The notes: a model not told the origin generated them from the letters alone. Counted from the stretch's first letter, positions 8,955 to 17,981 are shown. The stretch: 25,498 nucleotides of DNA from Candidatus Methylomirabilis sp. (GCA_041498975.1 JBGQJI010000025.1:1-25498); one strand, 5' to 3'. Translations and numbers: made by a program.

Positions 8955-8974
8955 AATTTTCTGAGCATGCCCCC

Positions 8975-9973
8975 ATGAAGGCGGCCCGCCTCTCGAAGGC
9001 GCAGCCGGTCGCGCGGCACCCGCTGGAGCTGGTCGATCTGCCGATGCCGACCCCCGGCCCAGGCGAACTCCGCTTGCGGGTCGAGGCTTGCGGCATCTGC
9101 CGGACTGACCTGCACATCGTCGAAGGGGACCTATCGCTCCCGAAGCTCCCCGTCGTCCCAGGTCATCAGATCGTCGGCGTGGTAGACCAAGTGGGCAAGG
9201 GGGTGACGCGCTTCCGGGAGGGCGACCGTCTTGGCATCCCCTGGCTTTTCTCCACCTGCGGTCAGTGCCCGTTCTGTCAGCGAGAACAGGAAAACCTCTG
9301 CGATGCGGCACGCTTCACCGGCTACCACGTAGACGGCGGCTATGCCGAGTTTGCGGTGGCGCCCGAGGCCTTCGCCTTCCAGCTTCCCCCAGGATTTTCG
9401 CCTTCTCAGGCCGCGCCCCTTCTGTGCGCAGGCGTGATCGGGTTCCGCGCCCTTCGACAGAGCAAGGTCAAGCCGGGCCGGCGACTGGGTCTCTATGGGT
9501 TCGGCGGCTCCGCCCACATCGTGATCCAGATTGCCGTCCACTGGGGTTGCGAGGTCTCTGTCTTTACCAGGAGCGAAGAGCATCGCGCCCTAGCACGAGA
9601 GTTAGGAGCACACTGGACCGGCGGGGCAGAAGATGATCCCCCGGCCAAGCTCGACGGCGCGATCATCTTCGCGCCTACCGGAAGCTTGGTCCCGGAGGCC
9701 CTCCGGGTTCTCGCAAAGGGAGGCACCGTGGCCCTGGCCGGAATCACCATGAGCCCGATCCCCCAACTCGACTACTCCCTGATCTACCCGGAGCGAGCAG
9801 TGCTCAGTGTGGCGAACAGCACGCGACAGGATGTCCTCGATCTCCTGGAGCTTGGAGCCGAGATCCCGATTCGCACAGAGATCGAAACGTTCCCGCTCGA
9901 AGAGGTGAACCACGCCCTTCAACTCCTCAAACAGAGCCGGCTCCGCGGCGCCGCCGTCTTGACGATCTCATAG
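8975..9973 (+). CDS. Zinc-dependent alcohol dehydrogenase family protein
   Basis: CRTDLH, PGHQIVG, structural Zn motif CGQCPFC..ENLC, APLLCAG and GLYGFGG. Confidence 0.95.
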   Translation: MKAARLSKAQPVARHPLELVDLPMPTPGPGELRLRVEACGICRTDLHIVEGDLSLPKLPVVPGHQIVGVVDQVGKGVTRFREGDRLGIPWLFSTCGQCPFCQREQENLCDAARFTGYHVDGGYAEFAVAPEAFAFQLPPGFSPSQAAPLLCAGVIGFRALRQSKVKPGRRLGLYGFGGSAHIVIQIAVHWGCEVSVFTRSEEHRALARELGAHWTGGAEDDPPAKLDGAIIFAPTGSLVPEALRVLAKGGTVALAGITMSPIPQLDYSLIYPERAVLSVANSTRQDVLDLLELGAEIPIRTEIETFPLEEVNHALQLLKQSRLRGAAVLTIS

Positions 9974-10137
9974 TCGCCTCTCCATGGCGCCGGGCTTGCC
10001 CCTCCATTTATCCCCCACGGGAGATCCCGCTTCCTGCTAGGAACCAGTCCCGTCGCCCTCCACTTATTACAATCCCTGTTCTAACGGGGGATTTTGTCTT
10101 CAATCGAAAGTTAGTCTGTAGATTTAATCCTATTTTC

Positions 10138-10168
10138 TCTTGATTTATCAAGAACTATGGCCTATTAA
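10138..10168 (+). promoter_or_regulatory. Palindromic operator overlapping a putative promoter of the MocR gene
   Basis: TCTTGAT-TT-ATCAAGA inverted repeat; TTGATT-17-TATTAA in an AT-rich tract. Confidence 0.45.
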
Positions 10169-10175
10169 AGAAGGC

Positions 10176-11681
10176 ATGTCTGAGCCCTTCTTCAACATTC
10201 GGATTCGCCGTGACACGAGGGAGCCGGCTCATTTCCAGATACAGCGAGGGATCCGTCTCGCTATCTCGACCGGGACCCTACGCCCGATGGAGCAGCTTCC
10301 ACCCGTCAGATCGCTGGCTTCCGAGTTAGGAGTGAACAGACTCACCGTGCTGAAGGCCCTGTCAGCCCTCAAAAAAGCCGGGATGGTCATCGGACGGCGA
10401 GGTCGCGGATACACCGTCGCGGATAATCCCTTGCACAAACTGAAGGGAACCTCGGAGTGGCGGCCCTCCAGGAGGCTAGATCAACTCCTCCATGGGGACG
10501 AGTTTGAAACCCCGTGGGCCAGCAAAGTGAGCAGGTCCTTCGACGCGCTCGGCCCAACCTTTCAACCTTCCGGTCTCCTCTCGTTCGCAGCAGAGGCGCC
10601 GGCCCCTGACCTTTACCCCCGGACCGAGCTGAAGCGCCTCGCCGCCGGGGCGATCGGGGCCTGCGATCCATCCTCTTTCGGATACGTTGGGCCAGATGGG
10701 CTGCCCGAACTTCGGGAGCGGCTGCTGGAGCGGTTCCAACGACGCGGGGTTGACCTCACAGGTCTGGAGCTTTTGATGACCTCAGGCGCGCAGCAGGCAC
10801 TCGATCTCCTCGCCCGCACAATCCCACGCCGATCGGGGATCGTCCTGACCGAAAGCCCCACCTACTTCGGCGGCCTTGTGGCCTTCGAGCGAGGCGGGTT
10901 CGCCGTAGCGGGTATCCCCCTTGACGGAAACGGCATCAACGTGGATGCGCTCGAGGAGCGGTTGCAGCGGGCGGCGTACGACCTCCTGTACGTGATCCCG
11001 ACGTTCCACAATCCGACAGGTGTGACGACCGGTGATGGGCGCCGCCGGGAACTGCTCCGCCTCGCCGCAGCCCACAATCTCCTGGTGGTGGAGGACGACG
11101 CATTCAGCGAGATCCGGTTCACCGGAAAGCCGGTCAAATCGATCCTACAGCTCCGAGGCACTGCCAAGGTTCTGCAGATCGGCTCGTTCTCGAAATCGCT
11201 GATGCCAGGTCTCCGGCTCGGGTGGGCCCTCGGGCCCTCAGAGGTCATCGGCCACATGAGGGTCGCGAAGGCCGCAGATGACATCAGTTCCTCGACGCTT
11301 TCACAACTGATGGTGGCACATTATCTCGCATCCGGCGGATACGACCGCCACTTGCGCAGAGTCCGGCGCGAGTACCGCAAACGATGCACGGCAATGGTAA
11401 CGGCAATTGCGCGGCATTTCCCCTCGGAGGTCCGCCACACGGCGCCAAAAGGCGGATTGCACGTCTGGGTGGTCCTGCCGGAGCGCGTGAACGCTGTGAA
11501 TGTGCTGCCGGTGGCCAGGCGGGCTGCCGTAGATTACATGCCGGGCCCGGTTTTCTTCCCGGACGGGCGGCGCGGAACCAACTGCCTTCGGCTTAACTTC
11601 TCAACACAGAAGGTCGAGGAGATCGATCGGGGGATGCAAATCCTGGGCGAGCTGTTTGCGCGGGCGCTGGGGCGAAAGTAG
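10176..11681 (+). CDS. MocR/GabR-type GntR regulator (wHTH plus PLP aminotransferase domain)
   Basis: LPPVRSLASELGVNRLTV HTH, TSGAQQAL, FHNPTG, EDD, and the PLP lysine in SFSKSLMPGLRLGW. Confidence 0.95.
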   Translation: MSEPFFNIRIRRDTREPAHFQIQRGIRLAISTGTLRPMEQLPPVRSLASELGVNRLTVLKALSALKKAGMVIGRRGRGYTVADNPLHKLKGTSEWRPSRRLDQLLHGDEFETPWASKVSRSFDALGPTFQPSGLLSFAAEAPAPDLYPRTELKRLAAGAIGACDPSSFGYVGPDGLPELRERLLERFQRRGVDLTGLELLMTSGAQQALDLLARTIPRRSGIVLTESPTYFGGLVAFERGGFAVAGIPLDGNGINVDALEERLQRAAYDLLYVIPTFHNPTGVTTGDGRRRELLRLAAAHNLLVVEDDAFSEIRFTGKPVKSILQLRGTAKVLQIGSFSKSLMPGLRLGWALGPSEVIGHMRVAKAADDISSSTLSQLMVAHYLASGGYDRHLRRVRREYRKRCTAMVTAIARHFPSEVRHTAPKGGLHVWVVLPERVNAVNVLPVARRAAVDYMPGPVFFPDGRRGTNCLRLNFSTQKVEEIDRGMQILGELFARALGRK

Positions 11682-11838
11682 ACCTCTAGACGGGACGCTT
11701 TTCCAGCTTATTTGCCACGCCCCCGTTGGCCGCTCTCAATGACAATGACGAAGAGGGCTCAGCAACGCGTCGAGCCGGCTGATGTACGGCTGGCTTCGCA
11801 TCAGTCGCCTGTCTTCGCTGTCTGAAGTGAAGCAAGGC

Positions 11839-13050
11839 TCAGCGGAGGTCAAACCTCTTCGCGGCCAGCCTGGCGATCTCAAAACCGATGCTGATGGAGG
11901 CCGTCGCCGCTGGTGAGGGGGCGTTCAGAACATGGATCATCCGCTCGGCTTCGACGATTCGAAAGTCGTCCACGAGGTGGCCGGTCGGCTCGACAGCCTG
12001 TGCCCGAACTCCCGCCCCTGCCCGGCGGATATCATCGAGACCTATTTCGGGGATCAGCCGCTGGAGGGCTTTCACGAAGGCGCGCTTGCTGAGGGAGCGG
12101 CAAAGCTCATCGAACCCCGCTTTCCGGTATCTCCAGGCCATCCGCCAGGACCCGCCATATGAAGCCATCTCTTTAAGGTCTGTCACAGAGAAGCTCCGTC
12201 GGCTGTAGCCTTCACGCTTGAAGGCGAGCACAGCGTTCGGTCCGGCCTCGACGCCCCCGCGGATCATCCGCGTGAAATGGACGCCGAGAAAAGGGAACTG
12301 GGGGTCAGGGACAGGGTAGACGAGGTTCCTGACCAGGAAGCGCCGCTCTGTGACCAGCTCGTAGTACTCCCCACGGAAAGGGATGATCTGGAGTCCCGGC
12401 TCGACCCCGCACATCCGGGCGATCCGGTCGGACCGAAGCCCGCCGCAATTTATGAGGTAGCGACTGCGGACCTCTCCGCTCGTGGTTTCAAGTATTAGCT
12501 CATCCGCCTTGCGGTGGAATCCATAGACCTGAGCTCCCGTCTGGATCCTCCCGCCCGCTTTCCCCACGATGTCGGCGAATGCACAGGTGACCTCGGTGTA
12601 GTCCACGATGCCCGTCTCAGGGATGAAGAGCCCGGCGATCCCCGATGCGTGGGGCTCGTGCTCTCGGATCTCCTCAGGGCGTAGCCTCCGAATTCCCTGA
12701 AGGCCGTTGGCCTTCCCCCTCCGCTCCAGCTCTTCCAGGGCGGATAGCGCGCGCTCACGGGTCGCGACGACGACTTTCCCGCAGCGCTCATGCGCGATTC
12801 CGTGTTCTTGGCAGAAGCGGAACATCGCCTCACGCCCCTCGACGCATGTGCGCGCCTTCAATGAACCGGGCCTGTAGTAGAGCCCGGAATGGATCACCCC
12901 GCTGTTGTGTCCACTCTGGTGAGCCGCCAGGCGATCCTCCGCTTCCAGAACGATCAGCGAGAGACGCCAGCGCGACGTGAGGGCCATGGCCGTGGCCGTC
13001 CCAACGATTCCCCCACCGATGACGGCGACGTCGTACCGCTGTGCGCTCAT
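11839..13050 (-). CDS. lhgO: L-2-hydroxyglutarate oxidase
   Basis: GGGIVG, HQSGHNSGVIHSGLYYRPGSLKA, PFRGEYY, PFLGVHFTR, GPNAV and NAPSPAATAS. Confidence 0.95.
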   Translation of the reverse strand: MSAQRYDVAVIGGGIVGTATAMALTSRWRLSLIVLEAEDRLAAHQSGHNSGVIHSGLYYRPGSLKARTCVEGREAMFRFCQEHGIAHERCGKVVVATRERALSALEELERRGKANGLQGIRRLRPEEIREHEPHASGIAGLFIPETGIVDYTEVTCAFADIVGKAGGRIQTGAQVYGFHRKADELILETTSGEVRSRYLINCGGLRSDRIARMCGVEPGLQIIPFRGEYYELVTERRFLVRNLVYPVPDPQFPFLGVHFTRMIRGGVEAGPNAVLAFKREGYSRRSFSVTDLKEMASYGGSWRMAWRYRKAGFDELCRSLSKRAFVKALQRLIPEIGLDDIRRAGAGVRAQAVEPTGHLVDDFRIVEAERMIHVLNAPSPAATASISIGFEIARLAAKRFDLR

Positions 13051-13084
13051 CACTGACCGTTCCGCCCCCCACTGCCCCATTCGC

Positions 13085-13113
13085 TTGACCGTGTCGGCCT
13101 CTTCAGATATGCT
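13085..13113 (+). promoter_or_regulatory. Putative sigma70 promoter for the GYD gene
   Basis: TTGACC-17 nt-TATGCT. Confidence 0.55.
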
Positions 13114-13213
13114 GGCCCCACGAGACTTCTCCGACTCATCCCACACCGTCTTGCCGGAGTGTTCTGGCCCGCGCAGCGGACAGCACGACGGCTTCGCCGA
13201 AAGGAGGAAGCGG

Positions 13214-13504
13214 ATGCCACGTTACATCGCGCTCGTCTCATTCACTGACCAAGGGATTCGGGACATCAAGAACTCCCACAAGCGGGCCGACCGGTTTAAG
13301 AGGCTTGCAGCGAAACATAAGGTCAAGGTCCGGGAAATTCACTATACGATGGGCAGGTACGACATCGTCGTCAGCTTCGACGCGCCAAGCGATGCGGCGA
13401 TGAGCGCTCTCACGCTCGAAAATGCCTCGCTCGGCAATGTCCGGACCGAAACCTTGCGCGCCTATAGCCGCGAAGAGTTCGCTCATGTCCTCAAGGCCAT
13501 CTGA
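13214..13504 (+). CDS. GYD domain protein
   Basis: RBS AAGGAGG; FTDQG, MGRYDIV and GNVRTETLRA. Confidence 0.9.
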   Translation: MPRYIALVSFTDQGIRDIKNSHKRADRFKRLAAKHKVKVREIHYTMGRYDIVVSFDAPSDAAMSALTLENASLGNVRTETLRAYSREEFAHVLKAI

Positions 13505-13922
13505 CGGGCAGCCGCTCTGACACTGATCTTGGGGGACGACCCGTTTCGTAGAGGAAGAGGGCGGCGGCTCCTTTGATGCTGGAGCGCTTCGTGAAACGCG
13601 ACACGACGATTCGCATACCCTGGAGAGCATCCGCAAAGGCATAAGCGGCGGCCCATCGCTTGATCCGCGGGAGCAGGAGATCGGATGCCTCCAGGACGCC
13701 GCTGCCCAGAATGATCATCTCGGGATTCAGGAGATTGACGAGATTGGCGACGCCTGCCCCCAGGGCTCGCGCCGCGATCTCGACCACCTCCAGAGCGGTC
13801 GGGTCACCGGTACGCGCGGCGGCGAAGACATCCCGAGCCGTGAGGCGGCCAGGGTTGCCCTGGCACAGGCTTAGAAGCCGACTCGATCCCGACATCTGAA
13901 GCCGCTCTCGCGCTTGGCGGCC
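13491..13922 (-). pseudogene. ROK family protein, C-terminal remnant
   Basis: TARDVFAAARTGDPTA..LGAGVANLVNLLNPEMIILGSGV..IKGAA. The N-terminal ATP-binding and Zn motifs are absent, and an in-frame TAA lies at 13923-13925. Confidence 0.8.
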
Positions 13923-13988
13923 TTACCTTACCACACCTTCCCCCCACCTGTGAAGCGGCGCACTGTCTGGGTAACGCCCTGATTCTCC

Positions 13989-14906
13989 TCAAGTTGAGCG
14001 ACTTCCCTGCCGTGCCAGGACGATCCCAGCAAGAACGACCGCCCCGCCGAGGGCTTGCCAGGGGCCGATAGATTCGCCGAGGATGATCCAGGCGAACAGC
14101 GCGGCAACGGCCGGCTGAAGCAGCAGGCCGACCGACGAAAACGCGGCCGGCAGATGCGCGAGCGCATAGGCGATAAGGCCCTGGCCGCCGACATGAGACA
14201 CCAAGGCAAGGCCCACCAGCACCGCCCAGCCCCTGGCAGTGAAGGCGGTCAGTCCCTCGCCGAACAAGAGAGTGACAGGCAGCAGTGCGATGGCACTGAC
14301 GACCCCGCTCCAGGTCATAATCGTCGCGGCGGAGAAATCGTCTCGCAGGTCTTTAACGGCCAGAATGTACCCCGCGTAGAAAAACGCCGTGAGAAGGCCC
14401 AACCCATCGCCGAGCAGATGCTGGATGCTCAGGCGGAAGCTCGCCCCTGCGAGGATGGTCACGCCCGCCATGGCCGTCGCCATTCCACAGATGAAAGTCG
14501 GGGTAAAGCGCTCGGCGAACCACAACCAGGCGGCAAACGTGACGAATATAGGAGTGGCATTGGCCAGTAGCGTGGCGTTGGCGACAGAGGTAAGTTTGAT
14601 CGACCAGTGCCACACTGCGAGGTCCGCGGCAAAGAACAGGCCGGCAGCGACCAGCCGGCGGTAATCGGCCCCACAGGATGGCTGCCGCGGGGCGACCGTT
14701 CTCCGCCCCTCGAGGCCCATCCATAGCCATAACGGAGGCAACGCCAGGGCCAGCCTCCAGAATGCCGTCGCACTCGGCCCAAGCTCGCTCAGCCGCACAA
14801 AGATCGGCGCAAATGCAATCCCGACTGCGCCGCCGAGCAAGGCGATCAGAGCCACTTGAGCCGACCGATTCTGAGCTGTTGAGCTCATTGATTCAGCATT
14901 GCTCAT
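13989..14906 (-). CDS. DMT/EamA family transporter
   Basis: About 10 TM helices; APIFVRLS, TSVANATLL and LQPAVAALFAWIILGE. Confidence 0.93.
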   Translation of the reverse strand: MSNAESMSSTAQNRSAQVALIALLGGAVGIAFAPIFVRLSELGPSATAFWRLALALPPLWLWMGLEGRRTVAPRQPSCGADYRRLVAAGLFFAADLAVWHWSIKLTSVANATLLANATPIFVTFAAWLWFAERFTPTFICGMATAMAGVTILAGASFRLSIQHLLGDGLGLLTAFFYAGYILAVKDLRDDFSAATIMTWSGVVSAIALLPVTLLFGEGLTAFTARGWAVLVGLALVSHVGGQGLIAYALAHLPAAFSSVGLLLQPAVAALFAWIILGESIGPWQALGGAVVLAGIVLARQGSRST

Positions 14907-15190
14907 GGCGGCGATTCTATGCCATCCCCCCGGCTGATTCGAAGACAAAATTCAAGCCAGGCGTCACAGCGATCCCGTCACCACCCTCTAGCCTAAGCTG
15001 AGAAGATCTCGCTGAGGGGATAGACTGAGCCAGGAAGATACACGAAGCGACGCGATAGTCCCCGTGACCCCTTGCGGGGGAAGGACAGGCCAGCAATTAC
15101 CGGCAACGTCAATATGGGCTTGGCTTATTGAGGTATGTCGGCTATATCTTTAGCAGCGGATAGCCCGATTAAGGGCTTCCTTAATAACGG

Positions 15191-15360
15191 TGTCCTCACG
15201 AGGGAACGAAGTGGCTGAGGCAATCTCAACAAGGTTCGAGGTTCCAAGTGCCAAGTTCCAGGTTGCAAGACTCAAATTGAAAGTTTGGTAGGGCTCGCTC
15301 TTGGCCTGGAACCGGGAACATCGGACATTGAACTGCGAAGCCCAGTCGCTTGCAATGACA
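15191..15360. repeat. REP-like palindromic element enclosing an inverted heptamer array
   Basis: Left arm matches the reverse complement of 24403-24438 at 29/36 positions; right end GCTTGCAATGACA. Internal 7-mers ARGTTCC-like (15232-15287) and inverse GGAACVN-like (15308-15335). Confidence 0.75.
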
Positions 15361-15404
15361 CCGCAGGGACTGATTCTCCAGGGCTCGGGTTATAGGAGGG
15401 AAGA

Positions 15405-15944
15405 ATGAACAGATTCTTGAGCAGCGCGGCGAGGTTGGCTGTGGTGGGGCTTGCCGCCCTCCTCGTTGGCGCAGGAGGTGAAAACATGGAATTGAAAAGC
15501 CAAGCGTTTCAAGCGGGAGGCATGATCCCGGCCAAGCACACCTGTGACGGACAAGATATCTCGCCGCCTCTTAGCTGGTCGGACCCTCCGGCCGGGACGA
15601 AGAGCTTTGCTCTGATCTCGGACGATCCTGATGCACCGGTCGGGACATGGGTCCACTGGGTGATCTGGAATATTCCCGTGAGCGCGCGCGCCCTCGATGA
15701 GAATCTCCCCAAGACCGCGTCGCTGGCGAATGGTGCGAAGCAGGGGACCACGGACTTCCGGCGGATCGGTTATGGTGGCCCCTGCCCGCCGTCGGGGACC
15801 CACCGGTATTTCTTCAAGCTCTACGCGCTCGATACTACCCTGAATCTGCCCGCGAGCACCACCAAGAAGGACCTGGAGAAGGCGATGGGGGGCCACATCC
15901 TTGGCCAGGCGGAGCTGATGGGAAAGTACCAGCGCCGGAGGTAG
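15405..15944 (+). CDS. YbhB/YbcL family PEBP (Raf kinase inhibitor-like) protein
   Basis: DPDAP, WVHWVIWNIP and YGGPCPPSGTHRYFF. Signal-like N-terminus; second start at 15486. Confidence 0.95.
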   Translation: MNRFLSSAARLAVVGLAALLVGAGGENMELKSQAFQAGGMIPAKHTCDGQDISPPLSWSDPPAGTKSFALISDDPDAPVGTWVHWVIWNIPVSARALDENLPKTASLANGAKQGTTDFRRIGYGGPCPPSGTHRYFFKLYALDTTLNLPASTTKKDLEKAMGGHILGQAELMGKYQRRR

Positions 15945-15964
15945 CGGGGGGCGAGGGGAAGGCG

Positions 15965-16432
15965 ATGCACAGCTACCTGATGCGGCACGGGGAGGCGAAA
16001 GCCGGGACGGAGGATCCGGCCCGGCCGCTCAGCGATCGCGGGTTCCAAGAGGTTCAGCGAGTGGCGCAACATGCCGCAACCTTGGGCCTTGAGGTCGCCG
16101 AGATCCGCCATTCGGGCAAGCTCCGGGCCCGGCAGACGGCAGAAATCCTGGCCGAACACCTCAAACCACGGCTCGGCATCCGCGAGGTAGAGGGCCTCGA
16201 ACCCGCCGACGACCCGGGAAAGGCCGCGACCGAACTGGAGATGGCCAAGCAACCGCTGATGCTCGTGGGACACCTCCCGCACCTGAGCCGGCTCGCCTCG
16301 GCCCTGCTGGTCGGCGATCCTGAGAAGGAAATCATTTCGTTGGGGATGGCGACGATTGTCTGTCTTGCCAAGACCGAGATGGGGTTTCGATTGCTGTGGA
16401 TACTCACTACGGAGCTGGCGAAACCGTTATGA
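15965..16432 (+). CDS. sixA: Phosphohistidine phosphatase
   Basis: RHGEA, RPLSDRG, HSGKLRARQTA and LVGHLPHL. Confidence 0.92.
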   Translation: MHSYLMRHGEAKAGTEDPARPLSDRGFQEVQRVAQHAATLGLEVAEIRHSGKLRARQTAEILAEHLKPRLGIREVEGLEPADDPGKAATELEMAKQPLMLVGHLPHLSRLASALLVGDPEKEIISLGMATIVCLAKTEMGFRLLWILTTELAKPL

Positions 16433-16458
16433 CAAAGCTTAAAGGCGATGCGGGATGA

Positions 16459-16496
16459 CCCTCAGCCTGGACCCTCTCCCTAACAGGGAGAGGGGG
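16459..16496. repeat. CCCTCTCCC/GGGAGAGGG palindrome between convergent genes
   Basis: Perfect 10-bp stem CCCTCTCCCT-AAC-AGGGAGAGGG. Confidence 0.7.
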
Positions 16497-16565
16497 TAAT
16501 ATGCTGAAGGTCCCCGAGTTGACGAAAGGAAGTAATGAGCAAGGAGCGGCGGGGAAACCGAACGA

Positions 16566-17099
16566 TTATTCCTTGCCGATCTGGTAGAGTTCTTCGCTCT
16601 CCTCCACGATCTTCCCCGTTGAGGCGTCCACCTCTACCTTCATTTCCTTTCCGTCCTTGGTGAGGATATCGAACTCGTAAGACGCATCGCCGTTCGGCTC
16701 GATCTCGTACTCGACCTCCTTGATCTCACCGGGATACGCCTTGAGCGCGATCTTTCTGGCCTCCGCCTCGCTGATCTTCATCTTGGCCTTGAACAGCGGG
16801 TCGTCAGCGTTGCGCACCTCCTGCTCAACCTCGGTGATCTTTCCGGTATTGGCGTCGCACTCGATGTCCCATGCCTTGCCGTCTTTACTTTCGATGTCGA
16901 ACTCATAAATGGGCGCGCCCCTCTCGATCTTGAATTCGACCTTGACAACGGTGCCCTGGTGCTTGGCCAGGGCCGCTTTCATGCACGTCTCCAGCGTGAC
17001 TTTCGTCTTTGGCATCTTGAAGTCGGCCGCAGACGCAATCGAGGCGCCCAATGACAGAGTCATCGCGCTGAGCATGACGATCCGGAGCCCCCTTTTCAT
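16566..17099 (-). CDS. lanP: Exported tandem-PepSY protein, lanpepsy (LanP)-like lanthanide-binding protein
   Basis: Signal peptide and two acidic PepSY repeats ([15 protein letters not shown] / [15 protein letters not shown]), about 19 kDa, ending YQIGKE. Resembles Methylobacillus LanP from memory. RBS AAGGAGG. Confidence 0.7.
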   Translation of the reverse strand: MKRGLRIVMLSAMTLSLGASIASAADFKMPKTKVTLETCMKAALAKHQGTVVKVEFKIERGAPIYEFDIESKDGKAWDIECDANTGKITEVEQEVRNADDPLFKAKMKISEAEARKIALKAYPGEIKEVEYEIEPNGDASYEFDILTKDGKEMKVEVDASTGKIVEESEELYQIGKE

Positions 17100-17285
17100 G
17101 ATCTCGCCTCCTTATTCAGCCCATTCACCCCAGACAGGTTAACCGCAACGCTCACCCGCTCTTGCCACAGTATCCCGGAAGCCCTATGGCTGGGTCAAGT
17201 TGAATTGACGCAAACGACCTTGTTTTCCGCCCTTGTTCATGGTCTACTTGGGGCTATTCAGGACGCAAAGGAGCATGGGAGGACC

Positions 17286-17825
17286 ATGAGAGTGCTGGTT
17301 ATCGCCCTGCTGGGAGCGTGGATCGCGGGCAGCCTGATCCTCGCGGGAGTGGCGACACAGAATTTCCGCACGGTCGATCGACTGCTGTCTGCATCGACCC
17401 CAGAGTTCTCCCACGCCATTGCTCCTCTCGGGAACGATCAGGCGCGCATCGTCCTGCGATATCTCTCCTCTGAGCTGAACAGGCTCTATTTTGGCGCCTG
17501 GGGTCTTATCCAGCTCGCCTTCGGCGTGGCGATCCTGGCGGGGGCGCTCGGCCACAGGCCGCTCGACCGTGCAGGCCTGATCGGCGCAGCCGCGACTCTC
17601 CTGCTCGCCGTGGCGATGTTGCTGCTGAACTGGTTCATCATTTCGCTCGGCCGGAGTCTCGACTTCGTGCCTCACGCCCCGCCACCCCCAGGTCTAGCGC
17701 GCTTCTGGCGGCTTCACTTTGCATACACCTCTCTTGACGCCATGAAGGTGGTCCTTTGTTTATGGCTACTGATCCGTTGGTCCCGCCGGCCGGGCGGCCT
17801 CTCCGCCAGGCGTGGTTCGACATAG
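17286..17825 (+). CDS. Four-TM membrane protein (DUF4149-like)
   Basis: RBS GGAGG before ATG 17286; four hydrophobic helices; FWRLHFAY. Confidence 0.75.
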   Translation: MRVLVIALLGAWIAGSLILAGVATQNFRTVDRLLSASTPEFSHAIAPLGNDQARIVLRYLSSELNRLYFGAWGLIQLAFGVAILAGALGHRPLDRAGLIGAAATLLLAVAMLLLNWFIISLGRSLDFVPHAPPPPGLARFWRLHFAYTSLDAMKVVLCLWLLIRWSRRPGGLSARRGST

Positions 17826-17864
17826 CTCACCACAGGCTGAAGATTTCGCTCGCCAGGCGCCATC

Positions 17865-17981
17865 TTACCAAGTCATCCGCACCCGATACGATACTGTCGT
17901 CTTCCCGTCCGCGGGAACATTCACCTTGTACTTCAGGGTGTGGGCCTCGTCCTTTTCGTATGGGCGGCGGCTTCTGATCAC
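17865..17981 (-). pseudogene. 3' remnant of a DUF4139-like gene
   Basis: VIRSRRPYEKDEAHTLKYKVNVPADGKTTVSYRVRMTW* resembles DUF4139 C-termini; no RBS or ATG. Confidence 0.6.

Noticed and set aside
10079..10116. TTCTAAC...GTTAGTC as an attC site
   Set aside because: Only about 38 bp and no L boxes.
10140..10151. FNR/CRP box
   Set aside because: The spacer is 2 nt, not the required 4.
11757..11806. GCTCAGC-AACGC-GTCGAGC half-attC-like motif and adjacent hairpin
   Set aside because: No GTT core and no left half. The hairpin is more simply a weak terminator between convergent genes.
17194..17209. GTCAA-N6-TTGAC palindrome between divergent genes
   Set aside because: Could be back-to-back -35 hexamers or chance. 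There is no second copy, so it is not supportable as an operator.
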